Part shown: positions 29,242-39,492 of the stretch, in pieces
Layout: the number at the start of each line of letters is the position of its first letter
Numbering within the stretch: position 1 is the first letter of the stretch
DNA from: a virus
Lineage: Duplodnaviria; Caudoviricetes
DNA length: 58,649 bases
Strand: one strand, 5' to 3'
IMG/VR virus record: IMGVR_UViG_3300025103_000014
Coordinates: 1 to 58,649 of that record
The notes under the pieces: generated by a model
Databases searched by the model: none
The model's input: the letters and a program-made list of their open reading frames with translations, nothing else
What the model was told of the DNA's origin: nothing
Program-made: the position numbers and the translations under genes

Positions 29242-29991
29242 ATGTCCACGCCTCTTTTTGGTATAAGAACTCTTAACAATAACCACACAGACTCTCAAGT
29301 TGTTTTTAACGAAAGCATATATGGGTTGGATGCGTTGGGTCAGATAATAGCCATAAGCATTGAATCTACTCCTCCTGCTTCTCCTAGTGTCGGAGATATA
29401 TACTTAGTTGGAAAATCTTCTACAGATGATTGGGTTTCTGAAGAAGGCACAATTGCGTACTGTGTCAATGACGGGGCGGGTGGGGCTGACATTGCGTGGA
29501 ATAATATAACTCCACTTGATAAAGTTACTGCTATCACAAAAGACGGCTCGACACAATTATTCTACGACTCATCTTCATCGGAGTGGCTACCTATTCCATC
29601 GAGTGTAACGTCACTAAATGGACACATAGAAGAACCTATATATGATGATGAATATGACCGTTCATTTTCTATAATGCTAAATAGCCCTACCAAGTTTGTT
29701 ATTACCGAGTTCCACGCTCAGATACAGTCTGGTAATCCACCTAGTCAAGGAGCAGGTGCTTCTTGTGACATCGAACTGCACAAAAATGGTGCTGCAATAA
29801 CCTCAACAAAAATTGATGCTGACGACCTTAACGACTATGGGCTTTGGTCTATAACTGCTCTAAATGAGGGAATAGGGGTTGGTGATGACTTATCGGTTCG
29901 TGTATACAACATGACGGGACAACTACCAACGTCAGTGGATTTAGAAGATGTGCGCTTCAGCGTTCACACCTATGAGGTACAAGATAAATGA
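29242..29991 (+). CDS. DUF2793-like tail fibre protein 2
   Basis: VVFNESIYGLDAL and TPPASPSVGDIYLVG motifs; paralogous to the preceding gene. Confidence 0.75.
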   Translation: MSTPLFGIRTLNNNHTDSQVVFNESIYGLDALGQIIAISIESTPPASPSVGDIYLVGKSSTDDWVSEEGTIAYCVNDGAGGADIAWNNITPLDKVTAITKDGSTQLFYDSSSSEWLPIPSSVTSLNGHIEEPIYDDEYDRSFSIMLNSPTKFVITEFHAQIQSGNPPSQGAGASCDIELHKNGAAITSTKIDADDLNDYGLWSITALNEGIGVGDDLSVRVYNMTGQLPTSVDLEDVRFSVHTYEVQDK

Positions 29992-30938
29992 GTTGGATAA
30001 ATGGAGGCAGCAAAAAAATAGAAGAACAAGACCCCACTGAAATAGAACAAGCAACAGTCGGAGATGTCATAGAGTGTACGGGTTGGTGGGAGGCGGGGAA
30101 CTGGATAACAGCAGAATGGACGGCAAGCAAAGGCGTGGGCGATGACCTCTACTACATTACAAAATGGACAGACTCAAGTGGTCAGGGCAACCACTTACTA
30201 GATGAATCTCTTGGGCTAGGTCCACGAGCGTATGGTTCGAGAACTAATGAGTGGGGGGATTCTAATGACGAGTTGAATAAGTACAGTGTTGCTCACTTCC
30301 AAGATGTTGATGATGGAAGCGCACAAGGACAACTATATCTTAAATGTACACCGTCTGTTAGTGCGGATTTTCAATCAAGCACATCTAGTCATTTGAACTG
30401 TGTCATTGTTGCAAGACACCATTATGATGGCTCAACCCATTCACTCGAATCATTTAGTTCTGAAATGCAGAACTCTACTTCTCATTTTATTTCCTCGTAT
30501 AACACATCTACTAATTATTGGTTGATGGGCATTGGAAATACATCTATATCAGAACACGACCCTGTTTTTAACACAACGCGACACGGGGTGTTAGGTACAC
30601 ACAGCGAAATACTAGACGGCACAAACTCTATGGACAACGAGTATCATGTTGCAGGGTTCTTTGGTACAACAACAGCAAGCGGAGTTGGTTGGGGAGTAAC
30701 TGGATTCAACAGCAATGGCTATCCTCTTGTGCAACAAACCCCAAACAACCTAGACATAGAAGATGCGGGGGACTCAAGTGGGAAAATCTATGTAGGTTCG
30801 GGCGACCCGTCATTTAATTCCTCAAAGAAATTAGAGGGGAGAATCGTAGAAATGGCTTGTTGGAAATCAGATAACCCGATAAGTAAATACAACCGAGCAT
30901 CCATTATTCAATACTTTAGAAACAAGTTCAATTTATGA
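29988..30938 (+). CDS. Putative receptor-binding / lectin-like virion protein
   Basis: WWEA...KWTDSSGQGNH, G.IVE and YFRNKF motifs resembling ConA/LamG-like phage modules. Confidence 0.55.
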   Translation: MSWINGGSKKIEEQDPTEIEQATVGDVIECTGWWEAGNWITAEWTASKGVGDDLYYITKWTDSSGQGNHLLDESLGLGPRAYGSRTNEWGDSNDELNKYSVAHFQDVDDGSAQGQLYLKCTPSVSADFQSSTSSHLNCVIVARHHYDGSTHSLESFSSEMQNSTSHFISSYNTSTNYWLMGIGNTSISEHDPVFNTTRHGVLGTHSEILDGTNSMDNEYHVAGFFGTTTASGVGWGVTGFNSNGYPLVQQTPNNLDIEDAGDSSGKIYVGSGDPSFNSSKKLEGRIVEMACWKSDNPISKYNRASIIQYFRNKFNL

Positions 30939-31264
30939 AACAACTATCAGAACAAAAAAGAATGCCGAGCAAACACCACGCATGTCTGGGTGCAATACTT
31001 TCAAACATTGTTACATGGTCGGTGGTCGGTTTGTTGTGTGGACAATCTTATGCACAAGACCTGGCTGAATCCCCACATCCTGCTTTGACTCACGACCAGA
31101 TTCTCATAACACTTCCTGTCTTTGTCTCTTCAATTATTGCAACGGCATTTTTCACATGGACGATTGCTCAATATGACCGCAAGCGAGATAAGCGAATCGA
31201 CCAAACGCAACAACTTCTATCAGATTTAACACGCAGACTTGGGGATTTAGAAACTAAGGGTTGA
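30935..31264 (+). CDS. Two-TM membrane protein (holin-like candidate)
   Basis: Two hydrophobic segments and a charged coiled C-terminus; last gene of the late operon. Confidence 0.5.
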   Translation: MKQLSEQKRMPSKHHACLGAILSNIVTWSVVGLLCGQSYAQDLAESPHPALTHDQILITLPVFVSSIIATAFFTWTIAQYDRKRDKRIDQTQQLLSDLTRRLGDLETKG

Positions 31265-31302
31265 TGGTTAGTGGGTGCAAATTGCATAATGAGATGTGCA
31301 AA

Positions 31303-31815
31303 TTACCCCTCATTAAATAGACCAAGGAACCATGTACCAATACCTATTGCATCCGCACCGTCAAGAGATTTATCCCTTGAGGATTCATAAGTGTCTGGGT
31401 ACAACTCCCTAATCTTTTCAGCCCTAACTGTTTTAGGCTTACACTTTCCTCCGCCCAATCGTGTCCATTCCCCTGCATTTACGGACACAACCCTATATCC
31501 CAAGGCAGTCATGTAAGCGATAATCATACCTACTGCCATGCCAAGGGTGACAAGACCACGGGAATGGGGTCTGTTTTGACCGCCAGGCGTTTCTACAACC
31601 AAGGTGACTGTCCTGTCTTGCCCCTCAATCTGCTCTAGGATTCCCCCTATTACTGTTTCAACGGCAGAACACATATTAAGACACCTTTCCACAGGGTCAC
31701 GGCTCGTGGGTACTTTAATCAATTTCCAATCAAGGAGTGTATCCCCCGCGAAAACTGCAATACCTGTTACCCTTGAGCCAGGGTCGATAGAAAAAAGAAT
31801 GGGTTTTTGTTCCAT
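31303..31815 (-). CDS. RuvC-like Holliday junction resolvase
   Basis: SIDPGSRVTGIA, LVVE and D.ADAIGI catalytic pattern. Confidence 0.85.
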   Translation of the reverse strand: MEQKPILFSIDPGSRVTGIAVFAGDTLLDWKLIKVPTSRDPVERCLNMCSAVETVIGGILEQIEGQDRTVTLVVETPGGQNRPHSRGLVTLGMAVGMIIAYMTALGYRVVSVNAGEWTRLGGGKCKPKTVRAEKIRELYPDTYESSRDKSLDGADAIGIGTWFLGLFNEG

Positions 31816-31842
31816 GTGTTTAGTATATCGCCCTTTTCTAAC

Positions 31843-31882
31843 AAAAAACTCCCTCTAGCCCATTTTTCAGGACTAGAGGGAG
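31843..31882 (-). terminator. Intrinsic terminator after the primase gene
   Basis: CTCCCTCTAG / CTAGAGGGAG stem followed by a T6 run on the minus strand. Confidence 0.7.
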
Positions 31883-31917
31883 CCTCAAGGATAGGTGGCG
31901 ACCAAACCACCTGTAAG

Positions 31918-34644
31918 TCAGATAGGCAAATCGTTAGTTAGTGCATCTTCAAGGTCTTCGGGAGATGAGAATGACCCAAGAACTTCTTCTGCTTTATCCC
32001 ACACCCAACCAAATACAATTGATTGAGTTGTACTTCGTGAGCCAGAGGGTCTACCCTCCTCGTTTACTCGTACCTTCTTGGGTCGTTTTTGCCCATCCTT
32101 ACCCTCTGTTTCGATTGGCATTAAGACCCCCCTACCAAGGAGTTTACCCTTCACAATAGACATACATTTTCTGGAGTTAGCAGAGGCACTAAAGGAGTCA
32201 TTAGCCCTCCAGTTACCTGATGCCTCCATTACCTTGACAATCTCTGCTCCTGTTACCTCTGTAATGTCCTCAGAATCCTTTCTACGGGCGTACAGAATAA
32301 GGTGGTCGGATATGGCTTGAACGATAGAGGATGCTTCCTCAGCGTCAGCATCGGCTCCAGGTCGGCGTTCTATGATTTCCGCTGCTAGTTCGTCTACATC
32401 GCAGTTAGGAACTTTAGAAAGCACATCTCGTTGCCACGCCCTCCACCTATCAGCAAATTTGGCGGATACTACCTTTTTGGCTGTTTGTTTTAGGAGGTGT
32501 AATATATCAGAAATTAGTTGCAATCGGTGTTCTTCTACAAACTGACAAGCCCACTCTACAAAGTCCCCTGCCAAGGGTTTGCCTACTTTGACAATGACGG
32601 CTCGTTGAGCAAGGTCACGGGACATTTCTGGTAGGTTGAAGGTCAGCATGAAGGTCGCATCATTGGGTCGCTTGACTGTACCAACGAACATCTTGTGACC
32701 TGTTAAGAACTCGCTTGTTACTGCCGCTTCTATAGCAGAGCCACTGAACTTGCCCTTAATGTTGTCAAACAGGAACACCCTTGATAACCAATCATCTGAG
32801 GACATGATTCTCTTGGATATATTCTGCCAATTATCTTCGTAGTCTAATGTTGCAGAGCCACCCCAAATACGCCCGATTGCCTTAGCAGTTTCGGTCTTAC
32901 CAGAACCTTGCCCATAGTCGGAAGTGAATACAAACATAGGTCTAGCCCCTGATGCCCCACCCCACCCAGGAGTCATCATTGCTGCCAACATAAGTTTTCT
33001 ATCATTCTCAGTTGCGGGGTTCAGGGCATTTACAAACTCATTGAGACACTCCCCTGTTGGCTCTGGTAGTTCTGTTGGTATGTAAAATGTTGAGCGTCTT
33101 GGTGGAACATGGGGATACTCGCTCACACCATCGTAGGAGGGTTCCATGTTGTCCTTTACCCAACGAAAGAACTCTGTTTTTGTAATGGCAGAGAGAGTAT
33201 CACCCTGTATTGTTTCACACTCTCCACGAACCCAACGAACAATCGCTCGGTCATGGAGTAAAGCAAACAGGTCGTTTGTGTCTAGTATCGACCACAACTC
33301 TACCCTCTCTTTTTTTGTTTCTTTAATTGCAAACACGCCTGTCGCTGTTGAACGCCTTGGGTATCCCCCAAGAGCCTCGCTCATCTCAAAAGCAATTTCA
33401 TCAACAGGCTTATAGAGCGTTACAACTTTTCGCCTACCATTCTCCATAACTACTTTGGTAGATACATTAGACACAAGAACTCTATCACGGGGGTCAACAG
33501 GTCTGTTGTCCACTCTCGTTATGTCTTTTCCCTCGTCATTAGGAGTACCCCCAACGACCCCCGTATCAGATTCGGAAATTTTTATAGCAACGGCAGAAGA
33601 AGCACTGTCTGGGGAATAGCCCTCTGGAGCCATCCCTTTTGTTTCATTGAGGTCTGAGAGTAGGTCAGAGGTGGTTGTCTCTTCAACTAATGTCCTAGTA
33701 AATGAGGGTGTTGCTTTCCTCTTGTAAGCATTCCGCACCGTTCGTACTGCTTCTGCTTCTGAAAGACCATCACGACCTACACCACGCTCTATAGCCAACT
33801 CTTGAATTGCTTGCTCTATTGGGTAGTTGTTGGCGTTGTAATCGAAAGCGGCTGCTACAAGTTTGTTGTTCCGTTCACCGTCTTCAGTTTCTTCTTGTAA
33901 GTAGGAGAGGGTGACAGTGTTTAGATTCTCGGTACACGGCTCTCGGTCTGGGTCGTGGTGTGATTGGAACGATTGAACCTCTTCGGCGGGTTTAATTCCA
34001 ATGGACTCCCAAGTATCGTAAGTGTTGCCCTCTTTTAGAAGGCGACAAGGTGCGCCCCGCTTATGGTTTTCTGTACCACACAATCGCATTATCCGAGAAG
34101 GGTTCTTGATTGCTTTGTCACTCTTGACGGAGCGAATCATTGCAATTTGTAAGGAACGCCAAAGAACAGGGTCGGAGATTGTCTCATTAAATTTCCAATA
34201 CGCATGAGTGCCTGTTGCTCTGCCTGATGCCACAAGAAGTGTGGGTTCAGGCAAACTTGCTGATTCAATTCTTACAAGTGCTTCTTCTGGGTCAGCGTCA
34301 TCAAAATCAACAAACAATGTGTTAAACTTTTCCACATCATTGTCAGTTGCGGCATTACAAGCACCCGAACAACGATTACTGCTTCGGGGATTAGCCCCTA
34401 TGTATAATGACCACCCTTTTGCGTTGTGTGCTGTGAGCCACTCATTGAGGCTACTGTCGTCTTCTTTGATTGGGGCTTGTCGGTATAGGGTGTGTACTTT
34501 GTTGGAGGAGGAGTTGTTTCGGATGGCTCTGAACTCAATCCAATCCCCATCATTAAAAATTGTTCGTATGTGTTGTTCTGCTGAACTGAAAAAAACTGGA
34601 TTGTTGGGAGGGGTGTTAATAAAATCATTTTCTTTTTTGGTCAT
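31918..34644 (-). CDS. Primase (RepB-like / AEP-type N-terminus, PriCT-like region) fused to P-loop NTPase
   Basis: LFVDFD, SG...GTHAYW, NPSRIMRL.GT.N.K, GERNN.L, Walker A GQGSGKT and LFDN motifs. Confidence 0.85.
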   Translation of the reverse strand: MTKKENDFINTPPNNPVFFSSAEQHIRTIFNDGDWIEFRAIRNNSSSNKVHTLYRQAPIKEDDSSLNEWLTAHNAKGWSLYIGANPRSSNRCSGACNAATDNDVEKFNTLFVDFDDADPEEALVRIESASLPEPTLLVASGRATGTHAYWKFNETISDPVLWRSLQIAMIRSVKSDKAIKNPSRIMRLCGTENHKRGAPCRLLKEGNTYDTWESIGIKPAEEVQSFQSHHDPDREPCTENLNTVTLSYLQEETEDGERNNKLVAAAFDYNANNYPIEQAIQELAIERGVGRDGLSEAEAVRTVRNAYKRKATPSFTRTLVEETTTSDLLSDLNETKGMAPEGYSPDSASSAVAIKISESDTGVVGGTPNDEGKDITRVDNRPVDPRDRVLVSNVSTKVVMENGRRKVVTLYKPVDEIAFEMSEALGGYPRRSTATGVFAIKETKKERVELWSILDTNDLFALLHDRAIVRWVRGECETIQGDTLSAITKTEFFRWVKDNMEPSYDGVSEYPHVPPRRSTFYIPTELPEPTGECLNEFVNALNPATENDRKLMLAAMMTPGWGGASGARPMFVFTSDYGQGSGKTETAKAIGRIWGGSATLDYEDNWQNISKRIMSSDDWLSRVFLFDNIKGKFSGSAIEAAVTSEFLTGHKMFVGTVKRPNDATFMLTFNLPEMSRDLAQRAVIVKVGKPLAGDFVEWACQFVEEHRLQLISDILHLLKQTAKKVVSAKFADRWRAWQRDVLSKVPNCDVDELAAEIIERRPGADADAEEASSIVQAISDHLILYARRKDSEDITEVTGAEIVKVMEASGNWRANDSFSASANSRKCMSIVKGKLLGRGVLMPIETEGKDGQKRPKKVRVNEEGRPSGSRSTTQSIVFGWVWDKAEEVLGSFSSPEDLEDALTNDLPI

Positions 34645-36026
34645 TCTTGCCTCGCAGTTTCTTGTATTCCTAATTCCTTGAGTAATGTCTGTTGCTTGGT
34701 GGATTTTTTACGAACAACCCACAACAGAGATTCATCGACCGAATCCTTAGCAATGAGGTAAATATATGTAACAGGTCTTTTTTGCCCAGACCTATGTAGT
34801 CTATCACGGCTTTGCATGTGTTCTTCTGCGGAGAAGGACAGCCCATAGTAAATAGCGTATTGACAGACCTTCTGCAACCCATCCGTTCCATGACCTGCGG
34901 CTTTGGGGTGGAGAACAAGTCTATCAAGTTCCCCACTAACGAACTTGTTGATGTACTCTTGGGCATGTTTCGATGTTCTTCCATCAATTATTCCTACCTT
35001 ATTTCCTTCTTTTGTAAGCCGTCTAGCAATTCTATCAATATCTGCTGTAAATTCAGCCCAAATAATTGCAGGTTCAGAGCCAATCTCAGCCAAAACATCT
35101 ACAAGTGTATCAAGTTTTGATGAACCCACCTCAGTAGGAGTATCATTAACTTTAACAGTACCTCCTGCAACTTGGCGAAGTTTCATTAAAACGGCTTCTG
35201 ACCTTACACTAACCGTTGTATCATAGTCCCCATCATTAGACTTACAACACAACCTCAACTCCTCTATTACTTGATTGTAAATCTTTTGTTCGGGTTTGGC
35301 TAACTCAAACACACGAACAACATCCATTTGAATAGGTAGGTCTAGGCAGTCTTCTTTTCTCAATGCCCAACTCCACCTTTTTAAATAGGCGTGGAATTGG
35401 CTAATCATATCTTTTTTAGGAATCCAACGAGCAATAACATTCCTGCCTCGTATGTTTTCGGTTATGGGCATAAACCAGTTGTACGCCCACTTGTAAAACT
35501 GCAAACCAGAAGCCACAGGAGATACCACCCTTAACTGACTCCATAGTTCTGTTTCGCAGTTGGGGCTAGGCGTTCCTGAGAGTAAGTAAACTTCATTGCA
35601 AGAGTCTGCAACTTGTATGGCTGCCTGAGTCACTTTGGCTTTTCGATTCTTCAATTTGCTAGACTCATCAAACACAATGCGCTGTATGCCCGACTCTATG
35701 AACAACTCGGCATTCATTCTGAACTGCTCATAATTTGTAACGAGGATATGATTGCCTTTATCAAGAATCAATTCTCTTCGTTTTGCTTTGTTGGTGTGAT
35801 GCACAACCCGCAAATCTACATCAAGTAACTTGGCATCCTTCTCCCAAGCCGACCAGATAATTGATTTTGCTGCAACAACGAGTGTTCGCATTGGTCGTTC
35901 TTTTTGAATTGCTAGTATTGCGATTGTCTTCCCCGTTCCTGGTTGCCAGAAAAACGCATATCTTGGGTACTCTCTCGCTATTTCTACGCCTTGGCGTTGG
36001 TGGTCGAACAATGTAATTTCAGACAT
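34641..36026 (-). CDS. SNF2-family helicase
   Basis: PGTGKT, FDESSKLKN, LSGTP and QSRDRLHRSGQ motifs. Confidence 0.93.
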   Translation of the reverse strand: MSEITLFDHQRQGVEIAREYPRYAFFWQPGTGKTIAILAIQKERPMRTLVVAAKSIIWSAWEKDAKLLDVDLRVVHHTNKAKRRELILDKGNHILVTNYEQFRMNAELFIESGIQRIVFDESSKLKNRKAKVTQAAIQVADSCNEVYLLSGTPSPNCETELWSQLRVVSPVASGLQFYKWAYNWFMPITENIRGRNVIARWIPKKDMISQFHAYLKRWSWALRKEDCLDLPIQMDVVRVFELAKPEQKIYNQVIEELRLCCKSNDGDYDTTVSVRSEAVLMKLRQVAGGTVKVNDTPTEVGSSKLDTLVDVLAEIGSEPAIIWAEFTADIDRIARRLTKEGNKVGIIDGRTSKHAQEYINKFVSGELDRLVLHPKAAGHGTDGLQKVCQYAIYYGLSFSAEEHMQSRDRLHRSGQKRPVTYIYLIAKDSVDESLLWVVRKKSTKQQTLLKELGIQETARQE

Positions 36027-36111
36027 TGCAATTTCTCCTTGAGATATAAAAGATAGCCAAGAGGGGGCGAGTGAATAGGACTGCGCCCCCCCTCAACTTT
36101 CGGGGGTAAAC

Positions 36112-36897
36112 TTAGATTGGTAGTGTTTCAGCATCTACGGTTGGAGTGGTTGCCACACTGTCTTCCGCAACTTTGAATGCTCCACTGTCCACAATTCCTT
36201 TTAGTGAATCGTGCATCTTAGAAAGTTCCGCATAAACATCTTTGTCTTGAATGATTGGAGTATCAACTGGATTGTTGAACTCAAAACCATACCACGAGCG
36301 ATTATTGCGCTGTCGGACAGCCGTTTTCAACTCAACACGGTTTGCAAAGATGGAACAAGGTCGGCGTTTCAGCATACCACACAAACGGGAGCCAGTATGG
36401 TGTTCACCAACTGAGAATGAGATTGTTGCCAATTCACCTCTTGCTTCGCCTGAGTCAATCTTAACAATGAAGTTTAATGCTTCTACATACTTGCGAGTGA
36501 AGCCATTACCATAAGTTTCTTCTCTAGTGTCTTTGTTTCGGGCTTTACGAGCAATTTCACTATTGGGGTCTTGTGTGCTGTTCTCAATCATGGGGGTTGC
36601 ACTGTCGTTTAGGTCAGAGCGAACTTCCCATGAAGCCCAAAAGATAAGAGGAATAACAACGAATGGTTCATCCATCCCCGCTACTTTAATGCCGTCAGGC
36701 ATAATTGCAACACCACCCTCACCAAATGCTTCTTTGCGCTCAATGTCTGACATTGCTTGCACAATAGTCATACGAGGAGTCACCATAAAGTCTCCGAGTG
36801 TATCCGAACCCTTTACTTCTTCTTGTTGCATCCAATCTGGGACAACAATAGGTGCGTCTGTTGATGTTGCTAGTTCTGTTTCTGTTTTCTTAGCCAT
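36112..36897 (-). CDS. Putative single-stranded DNA-binding / annealing protein
   Basis: PR..IVQAMS motif, C-terminal ...ETLPI, position in the replication operon. Confidence 0.55.
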   Translation of the reverse strand: MAKKTETELATSTDAPIVVPDWMQQEEVKGSDTLGDFMVTPRMTIVQAMSDIERKEAFGEGGVAIMPDGIKVAGMDEPFVVIPLIFWASWEVRSDLNDSATPMIENSTQDPNSEIARKARNKDTREETYGNGFTRKYVEALNFIVKIDSGEARGELATISFSVGEHHTGSRLCGMLKRRPCSIFANRVELKTAVRQRNNRSWYGFEFNNPVDTPIIQDKDVYAELSKMHDSLKGIVDSGAFKVAEDSVATTPTVDAETLPI

Positions 36898-36922
36898 AGT
36901 TCTGTTTCCTTGTTTCTAAAAT

Positions 36923-37360
36923 TTACGAACTTCTTCTGTGGTTAGCGACTTGGATTTCCTCGATAGTTACGCCATCGGGTAAACGATACCCTGCGTCCGA
37001 TTCTTCTCGGAGTTTACCTGCCGACAACCTTCTTTGTACCATGTGAGCATAACCGTCATCACATAGTTTTGTCAATACACTTGACCAATCTGTTTCAGGG
37101 TCTAGTTTCACAACAGGCATTTCCTTGACTGTAATAGTGATTCCGTCACCCGCTAATTTTGATATTTCTTCTGAGTTGCAACGCTTAATCGCTTCTTGTT
37201 GCAAGGACTGTTTAATCCCTGACAATCTTTTTGCGAAAGCGTTTACTTTATCAATGTCGTCAATACATTGTTTGAACACACCGAGGAATTGCCCTTGGTT
37301 TAATACGGAAAAATCCGTAGGGTATGTGTCTGGGTTTACATCTAATACTGTTTCTGTCAT
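36923..37360 (-). CDS. Hypothetical replication-module protein
   Basis: 145 aa; coiled N-terminal half and LPDGV motif common in phage replication clusters. Confidence 0.65.
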   Translation of the reverse strand: MTETVLDVNPDTYPTDFSVLNQGQFLGVFKQCIDDIDKVNAFAKRLSGIKQSLQQEAIKRCNSEEISKLAGDGITITVKEMPVVKLDPETDWSSVLTKLCDDGYAHMVQRRLSAGKLREESDAGYRLPDGVTIEEIQVANHRRSS

Positions 37361-37411
37361 TTTATTTCTCGATTCTGGATTCTGGATTCTGTTATTAGTG
37401 AATAGTATACT

Positions 37412-37681
37412 CTATCGTATGTCATCGTGGTTTACGCCCATATCCTTTAATTTGTCTGCATCCCACTCTACCATCTCTACAAAAATAAGTGCTTCTTCTG
37501 GGTCTGAAGCCACTCTATCCCACTTGATTCCCGCACGGATGCTTGCTTGTTTGACTCTCTTGAGTCCACGATTAGTGAGCCAGTACCCATCTTCAGAAGG
37601 TGTGTTGGTTGTAAAGCCGTCTTCTGGGTATCGAGAATCTTCAGGGTGTGGGGGTGGCTGTTGCCATTCTTGCATAGTCAT
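37412..37681 (-). CDS. Hypothetical protein
   Basis: ATGA-coupled to the upstream ORF. Confidence 0.6.
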   Translation of the reverse strand: MTMQEWQQPPPHPEDSRYPEDGFTTNTPSEDGYWLTNRGLKRVKQASIRAGIKWDRVASDPEEALIFVEMVEWDADKLKDMGVNHDDIR

Positions 37682-37929
37682 TGTGTTTGAGGAATCTGTA
37701 CTGGGAAGTTAAAAAGTTCATCACGAAGGTACTTCATGTCATCTATATTAGATACTTCTTTATGTACACCCTCCACTGAATCTAATGCTTCGATTGCATA
37801 GTGAAGTGCTTGTGCCATGATGAACCTACCTCGCATAGAACCTAAGAACGCTACCGCCCTATCATGTTCGTGGGCTTTTGATTCTTGGTCTGCTTTGTAA
37901 TTGTCAGCGTGTTCTTGTTGTTCGGTCAT
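37678..37929 (-). CDS. Hypothetical protein
   Basis: RBS AAGGAG; first gene after the leftward promoter. Confidence 0.7.
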   Translation of the reverse strand: MTEQQEHADNYKADQESKAHEHDRAVAFLGSMRGRFIMAQALHYAIEALDSVEGVHKEVSNIDDMKYLRDELFNFPVQIPQTQ

Positions 37930-37969
37930 TGTTTACTCCTTGGTTAAAGTTATGTTGTACTCGTGGTGC

Positions 37970-37998
37970 ATTATACACCAATCAATATACCCTGTCAA
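37970..37998 (-). promoter_or_regulatory. Sigma70-type leftward promoter
   Basis: TTGACA-N17-TATAAT on the minus strand. Confidence 0.9.
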
Positions 37999-38033
37999 GT
38001 GGGTTGAAGAAAAAATTTTGTTTTATCTAGGGG

Positions 38034-38062
38034 TTGACAAGACATATACTTTGGGGTATACT
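38034..38062 (+). promoter_or_regulatory. Sigma70-type rightward promoter (divergent partner)
   Basis: TTGACA-N17-TATACT. Confidence 0.85.
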
Positions 38063-38112
38063 ACGCATTCGTGAACAAATGAACTCTAAAGAATAGAACT
38101 GGAGAGCAAGCA

Positions 38113-38274
38113 ATGACCATAAAACAACAGCGTAGGCAACACAGATGTGGCATCGGTAATGTACAGGGGCTAGGTGGTGACTTGGTTGTGCATGAAGATG
38201 GTAAACAAAAGCGTGGAAAGCCAACCAAGATTAGCAAGCACAGACAAGGTTACAAAAAGAGAGGTAAAAAATGA
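38113..38274 (+). CDS. Small basic protein (53 aa, not in ORF track)
   Basis: RBS GGAG; MTIKQQRRQHRCGIG...KHRQGYKKRGKK; ATGA overlap with the next gene. Confidence 0.6.
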   Translation: MTIKQQRRQHRCGIGNVQGLGGDLVVHEDGKQKRGKPTKISKHRQGYKKRGKK

Positions 38275-38594
38275 GCCAAACAATATCAAAAGAAAAAGAC
38301 GATGCAAAAATCACGATTCTGGGTGTAGAGTGGGATTGTGTTGTATCCGCAGAAATTGAGGTAGAAGGTACGCCTTCCTATGGCGGGTATCAAGGGGGCA
38401 GGATGGAAGATGCGGCGAACGACCCGCCGTGTGGTGGGGAGATAGAGGTTATTAGTGCATCAGTAACAGTGGTAATAATGAAGGAAGATGGGGACGAAGT
38501 TGGAACGCTTGAACTAGAAGGAACTGATTGGTATGACCATTGGTTTGATGACCCAGAGGAGGACGATATAGATTGGGATTTGATGGCAGAATGA
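38271..38594 (+). CDS. Acidic hypothetical protein
   Basis: RBS GAGG; Asp/Glu-rich C-terminus. Confidence 0.7.
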   Translation: MSQTISKEKDDAKITILGVEWDCVVSAEIEVEGTPSYGGYQGGRMEDAANDPPCGGEIEVISASVTVVIMKEDGDEVGTLELEGTDWYDHWFDDPEEDDIDWDLMAE

Positions 38595-38619
38595 CGAGAG
38601 GCTATAAAAACATGGTGAT

Positions 38620-39010
38620 ATTGGTGTGACCGAGTGTGACCGAGTGTGATGATAAATTTTGCTTTATGGTCACACAACTTTTCTTGCTTTATGGTGCCAA
38701 GAACCCTGTTTTTTAACCCTTTTCTTATTGTGTGACCATAGTGACCATGTTTCCTTTTATTAAGAATAATAACTAACTAATGTCATGTTGTCATTGTGGC
38801 ACAAGGGGCTGTGTAAACTGCCTATAAGGAGGTACGGTCACTATGGTCACACCATTTTCAAAACACCCTCTAAATCATTATTTTTATTACCTTTACAAGT
38901 ATTTTGAATTTTTTTAGTATGGTCACACATTTAGACAAAAGTGGTGATGAGATGACAAGAAGTAGTGACGAAAGAGTAGAATGACAGGAACTTGTCATCC
39001 TGTCACCAAT
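38620..39010. repeat. Iteron-like GTGACC/GGTCAC repeat cluster, putative replication origin
   Basis: Non-coding; multiple direct and inverted copies; perfect 17-bp inverted repeat at 38730-38746 / 38836-38852; AT-rich interior. Confidence 0.65.
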
Positions 39011-39105
39011 TTACTTCTCACTAAACTAAAGATGTGTGAGCCAACAAGACGATAATATGATACAGTGACAAAGAGTTGAAAAACAAGAAATAAAAGGAGT
39101 TCCCA

Positions 39106-39492
39106 ATGAAGACATTCCGAATGTCCGTCAGAGAAGATTTACACAACGAAATAAAGATATTGTCTGTACATAGAAGAGCAATGGGAGAAAGAAACGCATC
39201 TATTGGAAAGATAATATCAGAAGCATTTTCAGAGTGGTTTAGACTTGACTGCCCTGACCTCGCCCCATACAAGACCCAACCCAACTTAGGATTCGTGCAA
39301 ACTACATTTGGGTTTACACATCCTCACGATGTTAAACTCTATGTAGCCGAAATAGTTCTAAGAACTAAGAACGACCCCAAAAGAAGGTCGGGAGCAAGAT
39401 TAGACCGAGAAGAGTCCGATGCAATTTTAGAGTGGTGGTTACAAAAACATTACAACGAATCAAGCGAATATGAATGCACCAACAATAACTAG
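39106..39492 (+). CDS. Hypothetical protein, possible ribbon-helix-helix-like N-terminus
   Basis: RBS AAGGAG; MKTFRMSVREDLHNEIK...SIGKIISEA pattern. Confidence 0.6.
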   Translation: MKTFRMSVREDLHNEIKILSVHRRAMGERNASIGKIISEAFSEWFRLDCPDLAPYKTQPNLGFVQTTFGFTHPHDVKLYVAEIVLRTKNDPKRRSGARLDREESDAILEWWLQKHYNESSEYECTNNN

